A stretch of DNA of 64,000 nucleotides. Origin: an uncultured Eubacteriales bacterium (GTDB lineage: Bacteria > Bacillota > Clostridia > Oscillospirales > Ruminococcaceae). Below, one piece after another: positions 48,585-57,356 of the stretch. Position 1 is the first letter of the stretch. The number at the start of each line of letters is the position of its first letter. The DNA lies in the NCBI GenBank assembly GCA_900319075.1, contig ONMZ01000004.1, forward strand, positions 2,357 through 66,356, in the 5' to 3' direction. A program made the translations under genes and the position numbers. The notes beneath the pieces are model-generated. The model saw only the letters and a list, made by a program, of their open reading frames with translations, was not told where the DNA came from and searched no databases.

Positions 48585-49045
48585 TGGATATGGCGGAGGC
48601 TGAAAAATACCTGGTTTTTGAGGTGGACGGACATATTTTTTCCGTGGATTTTAAAAATGTAAGACAGATAGTTCCTGCGGAAAAGCCGGAAAGCATACCC
48701 GACTTTCCGGATTATGTTCCCGGTACTTTTAAATTTGAAGAAAAGTATGTGCCGGTGATAGACCTGCGAAGAAGATTCGGATATACCCCCAAGAAAATAG
48801 GGGACAGAGATTGCTTTATTGTGACCAATACCGAAAAAAGAGCAGCTTTGCTGGTGGACAGGATATTCGGCTTTGAGGAAAAGAATCCCGAGCAGATACA
48901 GCCGGCAGTCGAGCTTAACCGGGACGCAAGCGCAAGGTTCCTGGTGGGAGAGTTTACCGACCAGCAGGGAAGAGAATGCAGACTTATCGACCCGGATAAG
49001 GTCATCAGACTGGGCGATGAGAGGATATTTGAAAAAGAGGAATAA
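48584..49045 (+). CDS. cheW: CheW-domain protein
   Basis: YLVF, IPDFPDYV.G, VPVIDLRRRFG, ALLVD. Confidence 0.85.
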   Translation: MDMAEAEKYLVFEVDGHIFSVDFKNVRQIVPAEKPESIPDFPDYVPGTFKFEEKYVPVIDLRRRFGYTPKKIGDRDCFIVTNTEKRAALLVDRIFGFEEKNPEQIQPAVELNRDASARFLVGEFTDQQGRECRLIDPDKVIRLGDERIFEKEE

Positions 49046-49046
49046 T

Positions 49047-49075
49047 AAAAGACCGGGAGCTCCCCGGTCTTTTTT
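49047..49075. terminator. Bidirectional intrinsic terminator
   Basis: AAAAGACCGGG-loop-CCCGGTCTTTTT between convergent genes. Confidence 0.85.
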
Positions 49076-49086
49076 ATGCCTGTGTG

Positions 49087-49707
49087 CTATTTGTGGTTGA
49101 AATAAAATATAGCGAGCTGGGTGCGGTCACGAAGATCGAGCTTTTCAAGTATCTGGCTGAGATAGTTGCGAACGGTCCCCTCGCTAAGGAACATCCGGGC
49201 GGCTATTTCTTTGTTGCTCATGCCTTGTGCTACAAGGGTAGTAAGCTCCCACTCCTTGTCGGTGAGCCCGAATTGGGAATAATCAAAGCTCTCGCTGCCC
49301 GAAATAAGCTCCGGCAGCCTGTCCATCACCGATTCGCCAAAGACCCGCTGTCCGTTCATAACCGCTTGAAGTGCAGGCTCTATGCCGTTGAAGTCCTGTT
49401 TGAGGATGTACCCCTTTGCGCCGATATTGAGCGCTTTTACTATGTATTCGTCATCGGAAAACGTGGTGAGATAAAGTATTTTTGCGCTGCTGTCTGAAGC
49501 AAGTATCCTTTCGCCTGCTTCAAGCCCCGACATACCCTGCATACGTATGTCCATAAGGATAATGTCCGGTTTGTACTGATCGTAGAGAGAAATGGCCTCC
49601 TCGCCGCTGTGACCCATGGCGGAGATCTTTATTTTCCCCGTGCTTTCAAGAATGGTTTTCAGCGATATTGCCACAAGCTTGTCATCGTCTATAACTACTA
49701 TGTTCAT
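49087..49707 (-). CDS. NarL/LuxR-family response regulator
   Basis: IDDD, LMDIRM, GYILK; GMSNKEIA..FLSEGTVRNY...KL.LRDRTQLA. Confidence 0.95.
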   Translation of the reverse strand: MNIVVIDDDKLVAISLKTILESTGKIKISAMGHSGEEAISLYDQYKPDIILMDIRMQGMSGLEAGERILASDSSAKILYLTTFSDDEYIVKALNIGAKGYILKQDFNGIEPALQAVMNGQRVFGESVMDRLPELISGSESFDYSQFGLTDKEWELTTLVAQGMSNKEIAARMFLSEGTVRNYLSQILEKLDLRDRTQLAIFYFNHK

Positions 49708-50771
49708 CAGTCATGCTCTCCGTTCTTTTTCATTATGCTCACAAATATTTTAAACCCCTGTTTGCCCGAGGTTATATTAAGTACGCCGCCAAGCGCAGAT
49801 ACACGCTCCTGCATATTTTCAAGGCCTATCCCTCCGGTGCCTATGCTTTCGCCGCACTCGCCGTTATCCTCAACGCAAAGGGTACAAAGTGCAGGATGAT
49901 CACGCACATAGATGTTGACAGTATCGCCTTTTGAGTGTTTGATGATGTTGTTGACTGCCTCTTTGGCGATGGCAACAAAACAATATTTGATCTTACCGCT
50001 TATATATCCGGAAACATCGTATTCAAAGTTAAGGTCAAATTTTCCTTTCAGGGGTGAAACTGCATCACGCAGCGCATTTTCAAGGTCAATGGAGTCGTTG
50101 TGCAGATCGTGGACGCTTTTGCGTATAGAGTTCATTGCCTCGTCAAGGGTGGACTTTACGCTGTCAAGAGGCTCTTTAAGATCCTCGTCTTTATTGATTA
50201 TCTGTATAGCGCCCATTTGCAGGATCGTGCGTGTAAGCAGATGTCCAACATTGTCATGTATCTCTCTTGCGATGCGGTTTCTTTCTTTGAGCGTGGCAAG
50301 ATGCAGTTCATTATCCTGATTTTTGATAAGTTCGTTTGAGTATTCAACAGCGCTGTCACGGGTCTTGATAAGCTCCTCTCTGAGCAGCTGAGAACGTCTG
50401 GAAAATATCTCAACTGTCACAGAAAGGGCACATAAAGTCAGGGTGGTAAGCATCAGCCTGAGATCCCCTTTGTATGTCTGGAACCCTATTGCCGCCAAAG
50501 CGGGTATCCCAAGAACATACAGCTTTCTGCGTGAGATGTCATAAGCGGTGACCGGAAGGAACACCACAAAACAAGGGTGTGCAAAACAACAGCCGATGTA
50601 GACCGCAACAAGAGCGGATCGTATATATTTGTTTTTTACCGCCGGGACAAGACAGCATATGGTTATGCTTGTAAGCAAAGCCACAACAGGTACGCTGGGG
50701 CTGTTTGCGTGATCCATCAGAAAGTTGGAACACACCAGGGTTATTATAAGTTTTTCCAGCAGTTCAGAAAT
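49707..50771 (-). CDS. HisKA_3 sensor histidine kinase (probable ATT start)
   Basis: ERNRIAREIHDNVGH, EAVNNIIKHS, DNG, GIGLENM.ER; AAGGGGG SD 8 nt before an in-frame ATT at 50771. Confidence 0.88.
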   Translation of the reverse strand: MSELLEKLIITLVCSNFLMDHANSPSVPVVALLTSITICCLVPAVKNKYIRSALVAVYIGCCFAHPCFVVFLPVTAYDISRRKLYVLGIPALAAIGFQTYKGDLRLMLTTLTLCALSVTVEIFSRRSQLLREELIKTRDSAVEYSNELIKNQDNELHLATLKERNRIAREIHDNVGHLLTRTILQMGAIQIINKDEDLKEPLDSVKSTLDEAMNSIRKSVHDLHNDSIDLENALRDAVSPLKGKFDLNFEYDVSGYISGKIKYCFVAIAKEAVNNIIKHSKGDTVNIYVRDHPALCTLCVEDNGECGESIGTGGIGLENMQERVSALGGVLNITSGKQGFKIFVSIMKKNGEHD

Positions 50772-50856
50772 AACGTCCGCCCCCTTTTTCTTTTACTGCA
50801 CCACAATTCATAACAACTATATCATATTTTCCCGCTTTTTGTCAATCACAAACAAT

Positions 50857-50921
50857 ATTACATTTGTCATATTGATTTGTTACGCTGTTCACTTTAAAAC
50901 CTCGTGGCAGGGTGGTATAAT
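50857..50921 (+). promoter_or_regulatory. ABC operon promoter with putative response-regulator sites
   Basis: ATTACATTTGTCAT and GTTACGCTGTTCAC 22 bp apart, upstream of TGGTATAAT, with no clear -35. Confidence 0.45.
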
Positions 50922-50968
50922 GAAGGCACAGAATAAAACCACAATGTATTTTTGGGAGGAATGCAAAA

Positions 50969-51916
50969 ATGGCACAGACGGTAGTAAAGATAGAAAATCT
51001 GGTGAAAAGGTACAAAGAGCTGATCGCAGTTGACCATTTTGATCTTGAAATAAAACAAGGGGAGGTGTTCGGGCTTTTGGGACCAAACGGTTCGGGAAAG
51101 ACCACCACCATCAACTGTCTGCTTTCGCTGCTTGATTTTGACAAAGGGGATATAGAAATATTCGGGGAGAAAATGTCTCCCACAAACTATGCTCTTAAAA
51201 AGCGCATAGGTGTCATATCGCAAAACGTTGCAGTTTATGACGAGCTTACGGTTTATGAAAACATCGACTACTTCTGCGGTCTGTATATAACCGACAAGCA
51301 GACACGGAAAAAGTACGTTGACGATGCAATAAAGTTTGTGGGGCTGGAGGAGTTTATAAAGTTCAGACCCAAAAAACTTTCCGGCGGTCTTTTAAGACGG
51401 CTCAACATCGCCTGCGGTATTGCCCATAAGCCGGAGCTGATAATCCTTGACGAACCCACGGTTGCGGTAGACCCTCAAAGCAGAAACAGGATCCTTGAGG
51501 GTATCCTTGAGCTGAATGCACAGGGTGCAACGGTTATTTATACCTCTCACTATATGGAGGAGGTAGAGCAGATCTGTTCACGCATTGCCATAATGGATAA
51601 GGGCAGAAAGATCGCCATGGGTACCAAGGCAGAGCTTAAAAAGATGATAAAGAACACCGAGACAGTCTCCATCGAGATGGATCAGCCGGATGACAGCCTT
51701 ACGGATCAGATGAGCGCTTTGCCCCACGTTTATAATGTGGAATATAAAGACGGCAAGCTGTACATCTACTGCTCCGGGGGAAAGCACAATCTGATAAGGA
51801 TAATGAGCGTTCTTCAGCAAGAGGATATCCACTTCGGAAGAGTTTATTCCGAGCTCCCCACCCTTAACGATGTGTTCCTTGAAATAACGGGCAAACAGCT
51901 TCGTGACAGCGAATAA
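50969..51916 (+). CDS. ABC exporter ATP-binding protein (LnrL/YfiL-like)
   Basis: GPNGSGKTT, LSGGLLRRLNIACG, ILDEPT, YTSHYMEE. Confidence 0.93.
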   Translation: MAQTVVKIENLVKRYKELIAVDHFDLEIKQGEVFGLLGPNGSGKTTTINCLLSLLDFDKGDIEIFGEKMSPTNYALKKRIGVISQNVAVYDELTVYENIDYFCGLYITDKQTRKKYVDDAIKFVGLEEFIKFRPKKLSGGLLRRLNIACGIAHKPELIILDEPTVAVDPQSRNRILEGILELNAQGATVIYTSHYMEEVEQICSRIAIMDKGRKIAMGTKAELKKMIKNTETVSIEMDQPDDSLTDQMSALPHVYNVEYKDGKLYIYCSGGKHNLIRIMSVLQQEDIHFGRVYSELPTLNDVFLEITGKQLRDSE

Positions 51917-51939
51917 CGAAAGACAAAAGGAGAAAAAGT

Positions 51940-53079
51940 ATGTTCAGGCATAATTTCAAATATGACATTCTGACAAGCCTTCGTGTCAGAGAGATAATCA
52001 TATGGCTCATCATATATCCCATAGCGCTGGGCACTTTCTTCAAGGTGGCTTTCGGAAATATTTACGATAACGACATAAAGTTCACCACCGTCAAGACTGC
52101 GGTGGTCGTAAATTCCCAGGAGGGCGGAAAGGCTTTTAAGCAGGTAGCAGAGAGTATGGAGACAGGCGACGATGCCATGTTCTCATTCGTCTACACCGAC
52201 AAGGAGGATGCCCTTAAACAGCTCAAGAACGAAGATGTGCGGGGAATAATCTATGTGGACAGCAAGCTTTCCCTTACCGTTGCAACAAACAACCTCAAAA
52301 GCACGATGCTTGAAAGGTTTGTGGAAAAGTACAATCTCAACGCAAAGATAATCACCGACACAGCTAAGAGTGATCCTGCAAAGATGGGTGATGTGGCAAA
52401 GGCGCTGACGGAGGAGGTCAGCACCGTAAAGTCAGAGGCTCTTTCAAAGGGCAACACCAATATGTACGACCAGTATTTTTATAATCTGCTTGCAATGGTA
52501 GCCATGTTCGGCTCACTTGCAGGTCTGCACGTTGCGACCCACAACCAGGGGAACCTCTCACCCCTTGGCGCAAGAAAGTGCGTTTCCCCCACACCAAAGA
52601 TCACAACCATACTTTCAAACCTGTGTGCAACATTCGTTGTCCAGGCAATATGTATGGTGATTGCAGTAACGTTCATCATCACCGTACTGCGTGTGGATAT
52701 GGGCGACAGGATACCCCTTGTTTACCTCACGGCGATACTTTCGGGCTTTGTTGGAAGCTCGCTGGGCTTCGTGATAGGCTCTATCGGCAGATTCAGCGAA
52801 AGCACAAAGGATGCAATATGTACAGCATCATCTCTCCTTCTTTGCTTCTGCAGCGGACTTATGGACGCAGGCATCAAGCAGAAGATAGCGGAATCCTCGT
52901 TTGCGTGGTTCAACAAGGTAAACCCTGCGGCAGTAATGTGCGAGAGCTTTTTCAGCCTTAACATCTACGAGGACTATACAAGGTACCTTCAGTGTGTCGT
53001 AACAATGATAATAACCATAGTTGTATTCATCACACTGGGACTTTTAATGACAAGGAGGCGTAAGTATGCAAGTCTTTAA
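51940..53079 (+). CDS. ABC-2 type permease
   Basis: One TM, extracellular loop, then five TM; follows the ATPase. Confidence 0.88.
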   Translation: MFRHNFKYDILTSLRVREIIIWLIIYPIALGTFFKVAFGNIYDNDIKFTTVKTAVVVNSQEGGKAFKQVAESMETGDDAMFSFVYTDKEDALKQLKNEDVRGIIYVDSKLSLTVATNNLKSTMLERFVEKYNLNAKIITDTAKSDPAKMGDVAKALTEEVSTVKSEALSKGNTNMYDQYFYNLLAMVAMFGSLAGLHVATHNQGNLSPLGARKCVSPTPKITTILSNLCATFVVQAICMVIAVTFIITVLRVDMGDRIPLVYLTAILSGFVGSSLGFVIGSIGRFSESTKDAICTASSLLLCFCSGLMDAGIKQKIAESSFAWFNKVNPAAVMCESFFSLNIYEDYTRYLQCVVTMIITIVVFITLGLLMTRRRKYASL

Positions 53080-54205
53080 GCTGTTTTTCAAGATCGCAAA
53101 ATCAAAATGGCTGTCTATGCTTGTGTTCCTTGGCATATTCCTGCTGATACTCAACTTTACAAATGTGGGCGGCGGCGCAGATACATTCAAGACCTCAAAA
53201 ATGACCCTTACAGTTTATGACCACGACAAGTCAGATGCAAGCAGAAAGCTTTGTGATTATCTTGCAAAGGACAACATCATAGTTGACTTCGAGGACGATA
53301 GGGATAAGCTTATAGATGCTTTGTACGTCACCTCCACAAACTATGTCATCACCATAAACGAGGGCTATCAGGATAAGCTTTCAAAGGGCGAAACAGACGG
53401 GCTTTTCACAGCACGCTATCTCCACGACAGCTATACAAACAAGCTTGCGGATTCCATGCTTGACACCTACGTTTCAACTGTAAAGGCGTACCTTGCAGGC
53501 GGCATGGAGTTTAACAAGGCACTTGATTCGGCACAGCAGGCGCTGTCGGAAAAGACAGAGGTGACATTTGAAACATTTGAGAACGAGAGCGCACAGACCA
53601 AGTCAGCATCGTTTTTCAACTATATGCCTTACGCACTTTTAAGTATCATTATCAGCGTACTTTGCCCGGTCATCGTTGCCATGAACAAGAAAGAGGTGGG
53701 CTTCCGTACAAAGTGTTCGAGCATAAAGACCTCGAGCATAACGGCGCAGACGATTTGTGCAAGCGGCATATTTGTCCTCATCATCTGGTTGATCCTTATG
53801 GCTTTTGGTGTTGGCAAAAACGGCGGAATGTTCTCGGGGAATATGTGGTATGCGGTGCTCAACACAGTAGCATTCACCCTGGTATGCGTTACTATTGCGC
53901 TGCTGTTTGCAGAGCTTGGCATAAGCGACAACGTGCTTGCGTTCGTCACCCAGGTGCTTGGTCTTGGAATGGCTTTCCTTTGCGGAATGTTCGTTCCGCA
54001 GGAGATGCTTTCAAGCGGAGTGCTCACAGCCGCAAGGTTCCTGCCTGCATACTGGTACGTCAAGGCTAATGATATGATCTGCGGACTTGGCACAGAGCAG
54101 TTCAAGCTCTCAACGGTAATGATATGTATAGGCATACAAGTTCTGTTCGCCGCAGCGATCTTTGCGGTATCATTGATCGTCAAAAAACAGAAAAAAGTCC
54201 TTTAA
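53066..54205 (+). CDS. ABC-2 type permease
   Basis: Same topology; FLCG.FVP, FLPAYWY. Confidence 0.88.
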   Translation: MQVFKLFFKIAKSKWLSMLVFLGIFLLILNFTNVGGGADTFKTSKMTLTVYDHDKSDASRKLCDYLAKDNIIVDFEDDRDKLIDALYVTSTNYVITINEGYQDKLSKGETDGLFTARYLHDSYTNKLADSMLDTYVSTVKAYLAGGMEFNKALDSAQQALSEKTEVTFETFENESAQTKSASFFNYMPYALLSIIISVLCPVIVAMNKKEVGFRTKCSSIKTSSITAQTICASGIFVLIIWLILMAFGVGKNGGMFSGNMWYAVLNTVAFTLVCVTIALLFAELGISDNVLAFVTQVLGLGMAFLCGMFVPQEMLSSGVLTAARFLPAYWYVKANDMICGLGTEQFKLSTVMICIGIQVLFAAAIFAVSLIVKKQKKVL

Positions 54206-54210
54206 GATAT

Positions 54211-54244
54211 AAAAAAGGCCTCTGCATCTTTTTGCAGAGGTCTT
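54211..54244. terminator. Intrinsic terminator between convergent genes
   Basis: AAAAAAGGCCTCTGCA-loop-TGCAGAGGTCTT. Confidence 0.75.
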
Positions 54245-54257
54245 GATCTTTTAAACG

Positions 54258-55022
54258 CTACGCTCGCTTATCCGCCATGAACATTCCCATTATTCGTGTG
54301 CCCATAAGGTCGCTTGCGTCAACTTCCTTTCCGTCCTCCACAAGCTTTGTCACCACACGTTTTTTGTTTTCCACGCCGAAATATACCTCATATTCCTTTC
54401 CGGCTCTTTCCCCGGTGAAATAAACACCCTTTGTAAAGCGGTAATGCCACCAGCCGGAGTCAAAGTAATTATATATTGCCTCACCGTATGTATCGGCTAC
54501 CAGCGGGTTGGAACCGGGTATATCAAAATCGTATGTATCGTTCTTTGTTATAAGTATCATTATACCGCCAAAGGCAAAGTAAATAAATACTAACGCTGCG
54601 ATTATCCAGCCCAGCTTATTAAGAACAGGGTGCAAAGAGCTTTTCTTTTCGTTTCCGCTGGTGGTCTCAAGCTCTGTGGCACGGAAATTTTTTGCCTGGG
54701 CATCAAAGTTGGTGTTGGCAAAGTTCATCTTGATGGAATTGTTTGAGTGCTGCCCTTTGCGGTTTTTATTATAGACCTGGTCGGCAACGTGCTTGCGGAC
54801 CTTGTTGTAGGTCTGGCTGCTGGATTCCATAGTGGGCTGGAACTGCCTTTTGGAATCGGTGATCTGTTCGTTTTTATACATACTGGTGTTTATAGCGCTG
54901 AACTGGTTGGCATTGCTGTGGACAGCAGCCCGGTGAGTTCTGGGCACGACCTTTCCGCAGTTGGCACATATTACAGAACCTTCTTCAAGTACTGCTCCGC
55001 AGTATTTACAGGTGTTGCTCAT
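54258..55022 (-). CDS. Zinc-ribbon membrane protein
   Basis: CKYCG...CANCG, polar linker, single TM (WIIAALVFIYFAFGGIMILI), external domain. Confidence 0.8.
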   Translation of the reverse strand: MSNTCKYCGAVLEEGSVICANCGKVVPRTHRAAVHSNANQFSAINTSMYKNEQITDSKRQFQPTMESSSQTYNKVRKHVADQVYNKNRKGQHSNNSIKMNFANTNFDAQAKNFRATELETTSGNEKKSSLHPVLNKLGWIIAALVFIYFAFGGIMILITKNDTYDFDIPGSNPLVADTYGEAIYNYFDSGWWHYRFTKGVYFTGERAGKEYEVYFGVENKKRVVTKLVEDGKEVDASDLMGTRIMGMFMADKRA

Positions 55023-55049
55023 TTTGATGCACTCCTAAGCTAATAATTG

Positions 55050-55637
55050 TTATTGGATATATCTCATTACAGCTACGACCTTGCCCATTATCTGAACATT
55101 GTCTGAAATTATAGGATCCATTGTGTCGTTTTCCGGCTGAAGGCGGAAATGGCCCTTTTCTTTGAAAAACCGTTTCACCGTAGCATCCGACCCGTCCACA
55201 AGAGCCACAACGATCTCGCCGTTTTCCGCATATGGTGTGTGTTCCACAATAACCGTGTCGCCGTCAAGGATTGCAGCGTTTATCATGGATTCCCCCTTTA
55301 CGTTCAGGGCGAACAGTTCGTTCTGATAGTTCTTCTGGGGAACAAAGCTGACATAATCCGTTATGTCCTCGATGGCGGTTATAGGCTTTCCGGCAGTGAC
55401 ACGCCCTACCACGGGAACACGGATCGCTCCCTTGCCTGCAAGGCGTATGGCTCTGTTCTGGTTGCTGCCTTTTTCTATGAGCCCTTTCATGGCAAGGGAA
55501 TTGATGTATCTGTGAGCGGTAGAGGTGGACTTGAAATCCATCTGTGAGCAGATCTCTCTCACCGTTGGGGGGTACCCCTTTTCGATACTGTCCCTTATAT
55601 ATTCGTAAACTTTTTTCTCTGTTTCGTTAAGAGTCAT
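55050..55637 (-). CDS. lexA: SOS repressor LexA
   Basis: GYPPTVREI, STSTAH, Ala-Gly cleavage site (VTAGKP), GESM Ser, ATVKR Lys, LQPEN. Confidence 0.96.
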   Translation of the reverse strand: MTLNETEKKVYEYIRDSIEKGYPPTVREICSQMDFKSTSTAHRYINSLAMKGLIEKGSNQNRAIRLAGKGAIRVPVVGRVTAGKPITAIEDITDYVSFVPQKNYQNELFALNVKGESMINAAILDGDTVIVEHTPYAENGEIVVALVDGSDATVKRFFKEKGHFRLQPENDTMDPIISDNVQIMGKVVAVMRYIQ

Positions 55638-55659
55638 GTTTTCTGTCCTTTCGGCAAAA

Positions 55660-57090
55660 TCACATTTCCTTCAGCTTTCCGGCAAGCATCTTTGCCAGCT
55701 TGTATACATCTCCGCAGCCCAGAGTTATAACCAGATCCCCCGGCTGTGCGTTTTGTGCAATATGCTCCACACATTGCATAAAGTTATAGTCCTTCTGCTC
55801 AGCGGTCTGCTTGTCCACAAGTTCGTGGTCTGTGGGGAAATAGACAGATCCTTTTATCCTTTCCCCCAGCATCTCGGCATAAATGCCGTCCGTGTTTTTT
55901 TCACGGCTGCCCATAATGTCTGTTATGACCGCAATATCAGCTATCTCAAGGGCGCTTACGAAATCGTCCATAAGTATCTTTGTCCTTGAATAGGTGAAAG
56001 GCTGGAACACCGCCCAGACTCTGTTGAAGTCAAGCCCCTTGGCAGCTTTGAGAGTACACTCTATCTCCTTGGGGTGGTGGGCATAATCGTCAACTATTGT
56101 TACACCTTTTACCTCATCGATCTTCTGAAAACGTCTTACCGCACCGAAAAAGCTGTCAAGCCCCTTGCGGATACCCTCCCAGGAGACTCCCTCATATCTT
56201 GCCGCAGCGATCGCTGCCAGAGCGTTGAGCACATTGTGGTCGCCGGGAACGTGTATAGCCATCATGCCCGCAGACTCGCCTTTAAAGAACACCTCAAACT
56301 CCGTTTTTAAGCCTTTTTTGTCCAGGATAACTGCGCTGTAATCGTTGCTTTTGTCAAAACCGAAGGTTATCTTTTGCTTGTCAACGCCGTCAACAGCCTT
56401 GTGAGAGTTTTCATCGTCACCGTTGAAGATTATACACTTGGTGGTTTTTTGTGCAAAGACGTTAAAGCTTTTTATTATGTTTTCAATGTTCTTGAAATAC
56501 TCCAGATGATCTGCGTCAACATTAAGTATCACCGAAACATCCGGGAAAAATTTGAGAAAATGATCCTGATACTCACAGGACTCGCAGACCATAATGCTGC
56601 TTGAACCGCTCCTTCCCGAACCGCCTATGCTCGGCAGCTTTCCTCCGATAACGCAGGAAAGGTCAACTCCCTCGTCGAGAAATATCTGTGTGAGCATTGA
56701 AGATGTTGTGGTCTTTCCGTGAGTTCCGCAAACGCATATGGCATCATCGTACCACCCGGTGATAAGTCCGAGGATATCCGCTCTTTCACAGACATAAGCC
56801 CTGCCTTCCTTTTCGGCTTGCTTTGCCGAGATAAGCTCTGGGTTATCTGCCATGATCGCAGCGGTATAAATTATAAGCTGGGCATCGCCTATATTTTCAG
56901 CCCGCTGCCCCATAAAGACCTCTATGCCCATTTTGCGTACAGCGTCAAGTGTCTCGGTCTCGTTGTTGTCCGAGCCTGTTATCTTGTAACCTTTGCTGTG
57001 GAAGATCTGTACGATCGGGTACATTCCGGAGCCGCCTATGCCGATAAAATGCACACGCTCTATACTTTTCAGGATCTCATCATTTATCAT
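55660..57090 (-). CDS. murC: UDP-N-acetylmuramate--L-alanine ligase
   Basis: HFIGIGGSGM, GTHGKTTT, ESCEY, N.DADHL, DDYAHHP.EI, FQPFTYSRT. Confidence 0.96.
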   Translation of the reverse strand: MINDEILKSIERVHFIGIGGSGMYPIVQIFHSKGYKITGSDNNETETLDAVRKMGIEVFMGQRAENIGDAQLIIYTAAIMADNPELISAKQAEKEGRAYVCERADILGLITGWYDDAICVCGTHGKTTTSSMLTQIFLDEGVDLSCVIGGKLPSIGGSGRSGSSSIMVCESCEYQDHFLKFFPDVSVILNVDADHLEYFKNIENIIKSFNVFAQKTTKCIIFNGDDENSHKAVDGVDKQKITFGFDKSNDYSAVILDKKGLKTEFEVFFKGESAGMMAIHVPGDHNVLNALAAIAAARYEGVSWEGIRKGLDSFFGAVRRFQKIDEVKGVTIVDDYAHHPKEIECTLKAAKGLDFNRVWAVFQPFTYSRTKILMDDFVSALEIADIAVITDIMGSREKNTDGIYAEMLGERIKGSVYFPTDHELVDKQTAEQKDYNFMQCVEHIAQNAQPGDLVITLGCGDVYKLAKMLAGKLKEM

Positions 57091-57113
57091 GGAAAATTTC
57101 CTCGTTTCAAATT

Positions 57114-57127
57114 CGAATATTTGTTCA
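57114..57127. promoter_or_regulatory. Putative LexA (Cheo) box upstream of murC-lexA
   Basis: Minus strand TGAACAAATATTCG, 7/8 match to GAAC-N4-GTTC, just downstream of a TATAAT (57133-57138). Confidence 0.55.
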
Positions 57128-57273
57128 CCTTTATTATATTACATTTTTTAAGAAAAATAAAGCACTTTTTCAGTGAAATTTTGAACTTGCGGCAAAAAAA
57201 TTATTACCATATATTTAAAAAGCCGGAGCCGGCAGGGTATTTTCCCCAAAAGCGCAGCGGCGCCGGGGCGTTG

Positions 57274-57302
57274 TTGACAAAAAGGGATAATGGTGGTATA
57301 TT
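57274..57302 (+). promoter_or_regulatory. serS promoter
   Basis: TTGACA-17bp-TATATT with TG extension. Confidence 0.7.
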
Positions 57303-57356
57303 ATTATTGTATTTTTATTAAAGTGTCTGCTTGGCAGACAAAAGGAGAGGAAAAAT

